This document shows positions 41,380-42,274 of a stretch of DNA of 42,274 bases, one piece after another. Origin of the DNA: a virus. Both the position numbers and the translations under genes were made by a program. Location of the stretch: positions 1 through 42,274 of the IMG/VR virus record IMGVR_UViG_3300045988_124743. The stretch is one strand, 5' to 3'. How positions within the stretch are numbered: the stretch's first letter is position 1; each line of letters begins with the position of its first letter. The notes under the pieces were generated by a model, which had not been told where the DNA came from, searched no databases, and was given only the letters and a program-made list of their open reading frames with translations.

Positions 41380-42121
41380 TAAAGTCCTCCTTTAAATGTT
41401 CTTACTTTAACTCGACCAAATGCATATTTTTCAACTGCATAACGCATCGAGTCCATTAAGTGGTTAAAATCATCAATTGGGCGGTTAATTTTGTTGCCCA
41501 ATCTATCTTCATCCCATGTGTAGTTTCCTATTTCAGTTATGAAATTAACACATCTAGGATGAATGATAATTTCGAAATCTTGAATATATTGAATCCCATG
41601 TGTAATGGAATCCTTTCCCTTTCGTGACTTTTCAACACGAAGTCCATACCCTCTAAGTTCATCAATCGACTTAGGTTCTGCACAGTCTGCCGTAAAAGAC
41701 TTCTTTTGATAATGTGAGCTTTCAATCTCTTCATATAGCTTTTTATTGGAAAGACCTTTTTTATAAATTTCATCCCAAACATAGAGCTTTTTATGTTCTG
41801 TATCAATGAAACCTATAAAAACTGCAGCAGGGTCATTTGTATAACCGAAGTCAATTCCATTTACAGAATCACAGTTAATTACCTGATCTAGTGTAAATTT
41901 TTCTTCTTTCCAATTCTCATAAACCAATCCATCAACAATACCCCAATTTCCTAATCCTGCAACTTGATATCGCCTAGGATTTTTCTCCTTCATGTTATTG
42001 AACAATCTTAAATCGGCTTCATCTAGCCATTCATTACACTTATAATTGGTTGTGATAGCTAATATATCAGGGTCATCCTTGGCATCAAAGAATCTTTTTT
42101 TAAGCCAGTGGTGTTCATTCC
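41379..42121 (-). CDS. terL: Terminase large subunit, exon 2 (nuclease domain)
   Basis: (W)NEHHWLKKRFFD... continues the PBSX/Terminase_3-type sequence after ITFNP of exon 1. It also contains FGYTNDPAA and DSMRYA nuclease-domain motifs. Confidence 0.8.
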
Positions 42122-42219
42122 CATTTGTGTTCATGTAAGGTCGTTAATCTTACACCGCTTTCGCAGCTCATTGTTACCAATGAGATCAGACTATATCACC
42201 ATCTTGAATTTTCAAGATG
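42122..42219 (-). mobile_element. Group I intron, 3' part (catalytic core strand, P9-type hairpins, terminal G)
   Basis: - strand: GGUGAUAUAGUCUG (the conserved GAUAUAGUC core motif, + coordinates 42189-42197). Hairpins CATCTTGA-aaa-TTCAAGATG, CTCATTG-GTAA-CAATGAG and CTGC-GAAA-GCGG. The last intron nucleotide is G at 42122. Confidence 0.75.
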
Positions 42220-42274
42220 CCCCCCATTTCCGCTCACTTGAGCGTACTCCATTAAAAAAACCGCATTAATTGCG
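42220..42274. repeat. Second copy of the 55-bp terminal repeat (equals 1..55)
   Basis: Exact identity with bases 1-55. Confidence 0.9.

Overview
The window is a complete, circularly closed genome of a temperate siphovirus-type phage or prophage from a low-GC Gram-positive (Firmicutes-like) host. Bases 1-55 are identical to 42220-42274, so the unique length is about 42,219 bp. Almost all genes are on the - strand. Read 5'->3' on that strand, the order is as follows. (1) A cro-like early region (16138 downwards). (2) Small early genes. (3) A recombination/replication module: YqaJ exonuclease, RecT, RusA, a replisome organizer with embedded iterons, and SSB. (4) Small late-early genes, a sigma/ArpU-like late regulator and a DUF4417 protein. 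(5) TerS, then TerL, which is split across the contig ends by a 916-nt group I intron carrying a GIY-YIG homing endonuclease. (6) An SPP1-type portal, a MuF-like protein, a phage-encoded Prp protease, scaffold, major capsid, connectors, major tail, G/GT chaperones, tape measure, Dit and Tal. (7) A tail fibre, holin, amidase, attP and integrase. The + strand islands are a cI-like repressor with a long MazF/PemK-like protein, a few moron-like genes (one with a KTSC domain), and a second tyrosine recombinase. That recombinase is followed by two promoterless, inverted alternative tail-fibre C-terminal cassettes. This recombinase/cassette block looks like a shufflon or Mu G-segment-type host-range switch run by a tyrosine recombinase, and it is my top candidate for an undescribed system. 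Other notable signals are two related intergenic elements of about 240-280 bp bounded by 22-bp inverted repeats, several promoter-plus-terminator units without ORFs (candidate sRNAs), Prp-type 'LQ(M/L)FA' leader peptides on capsid, scaffold and the major tail protein, and several intrinsic terminators inside the late operon. I saw no rRNA, no CRISPR array and no convincing canonical tRNA. All functional calls come from motif recognition by eye; no database search was run.
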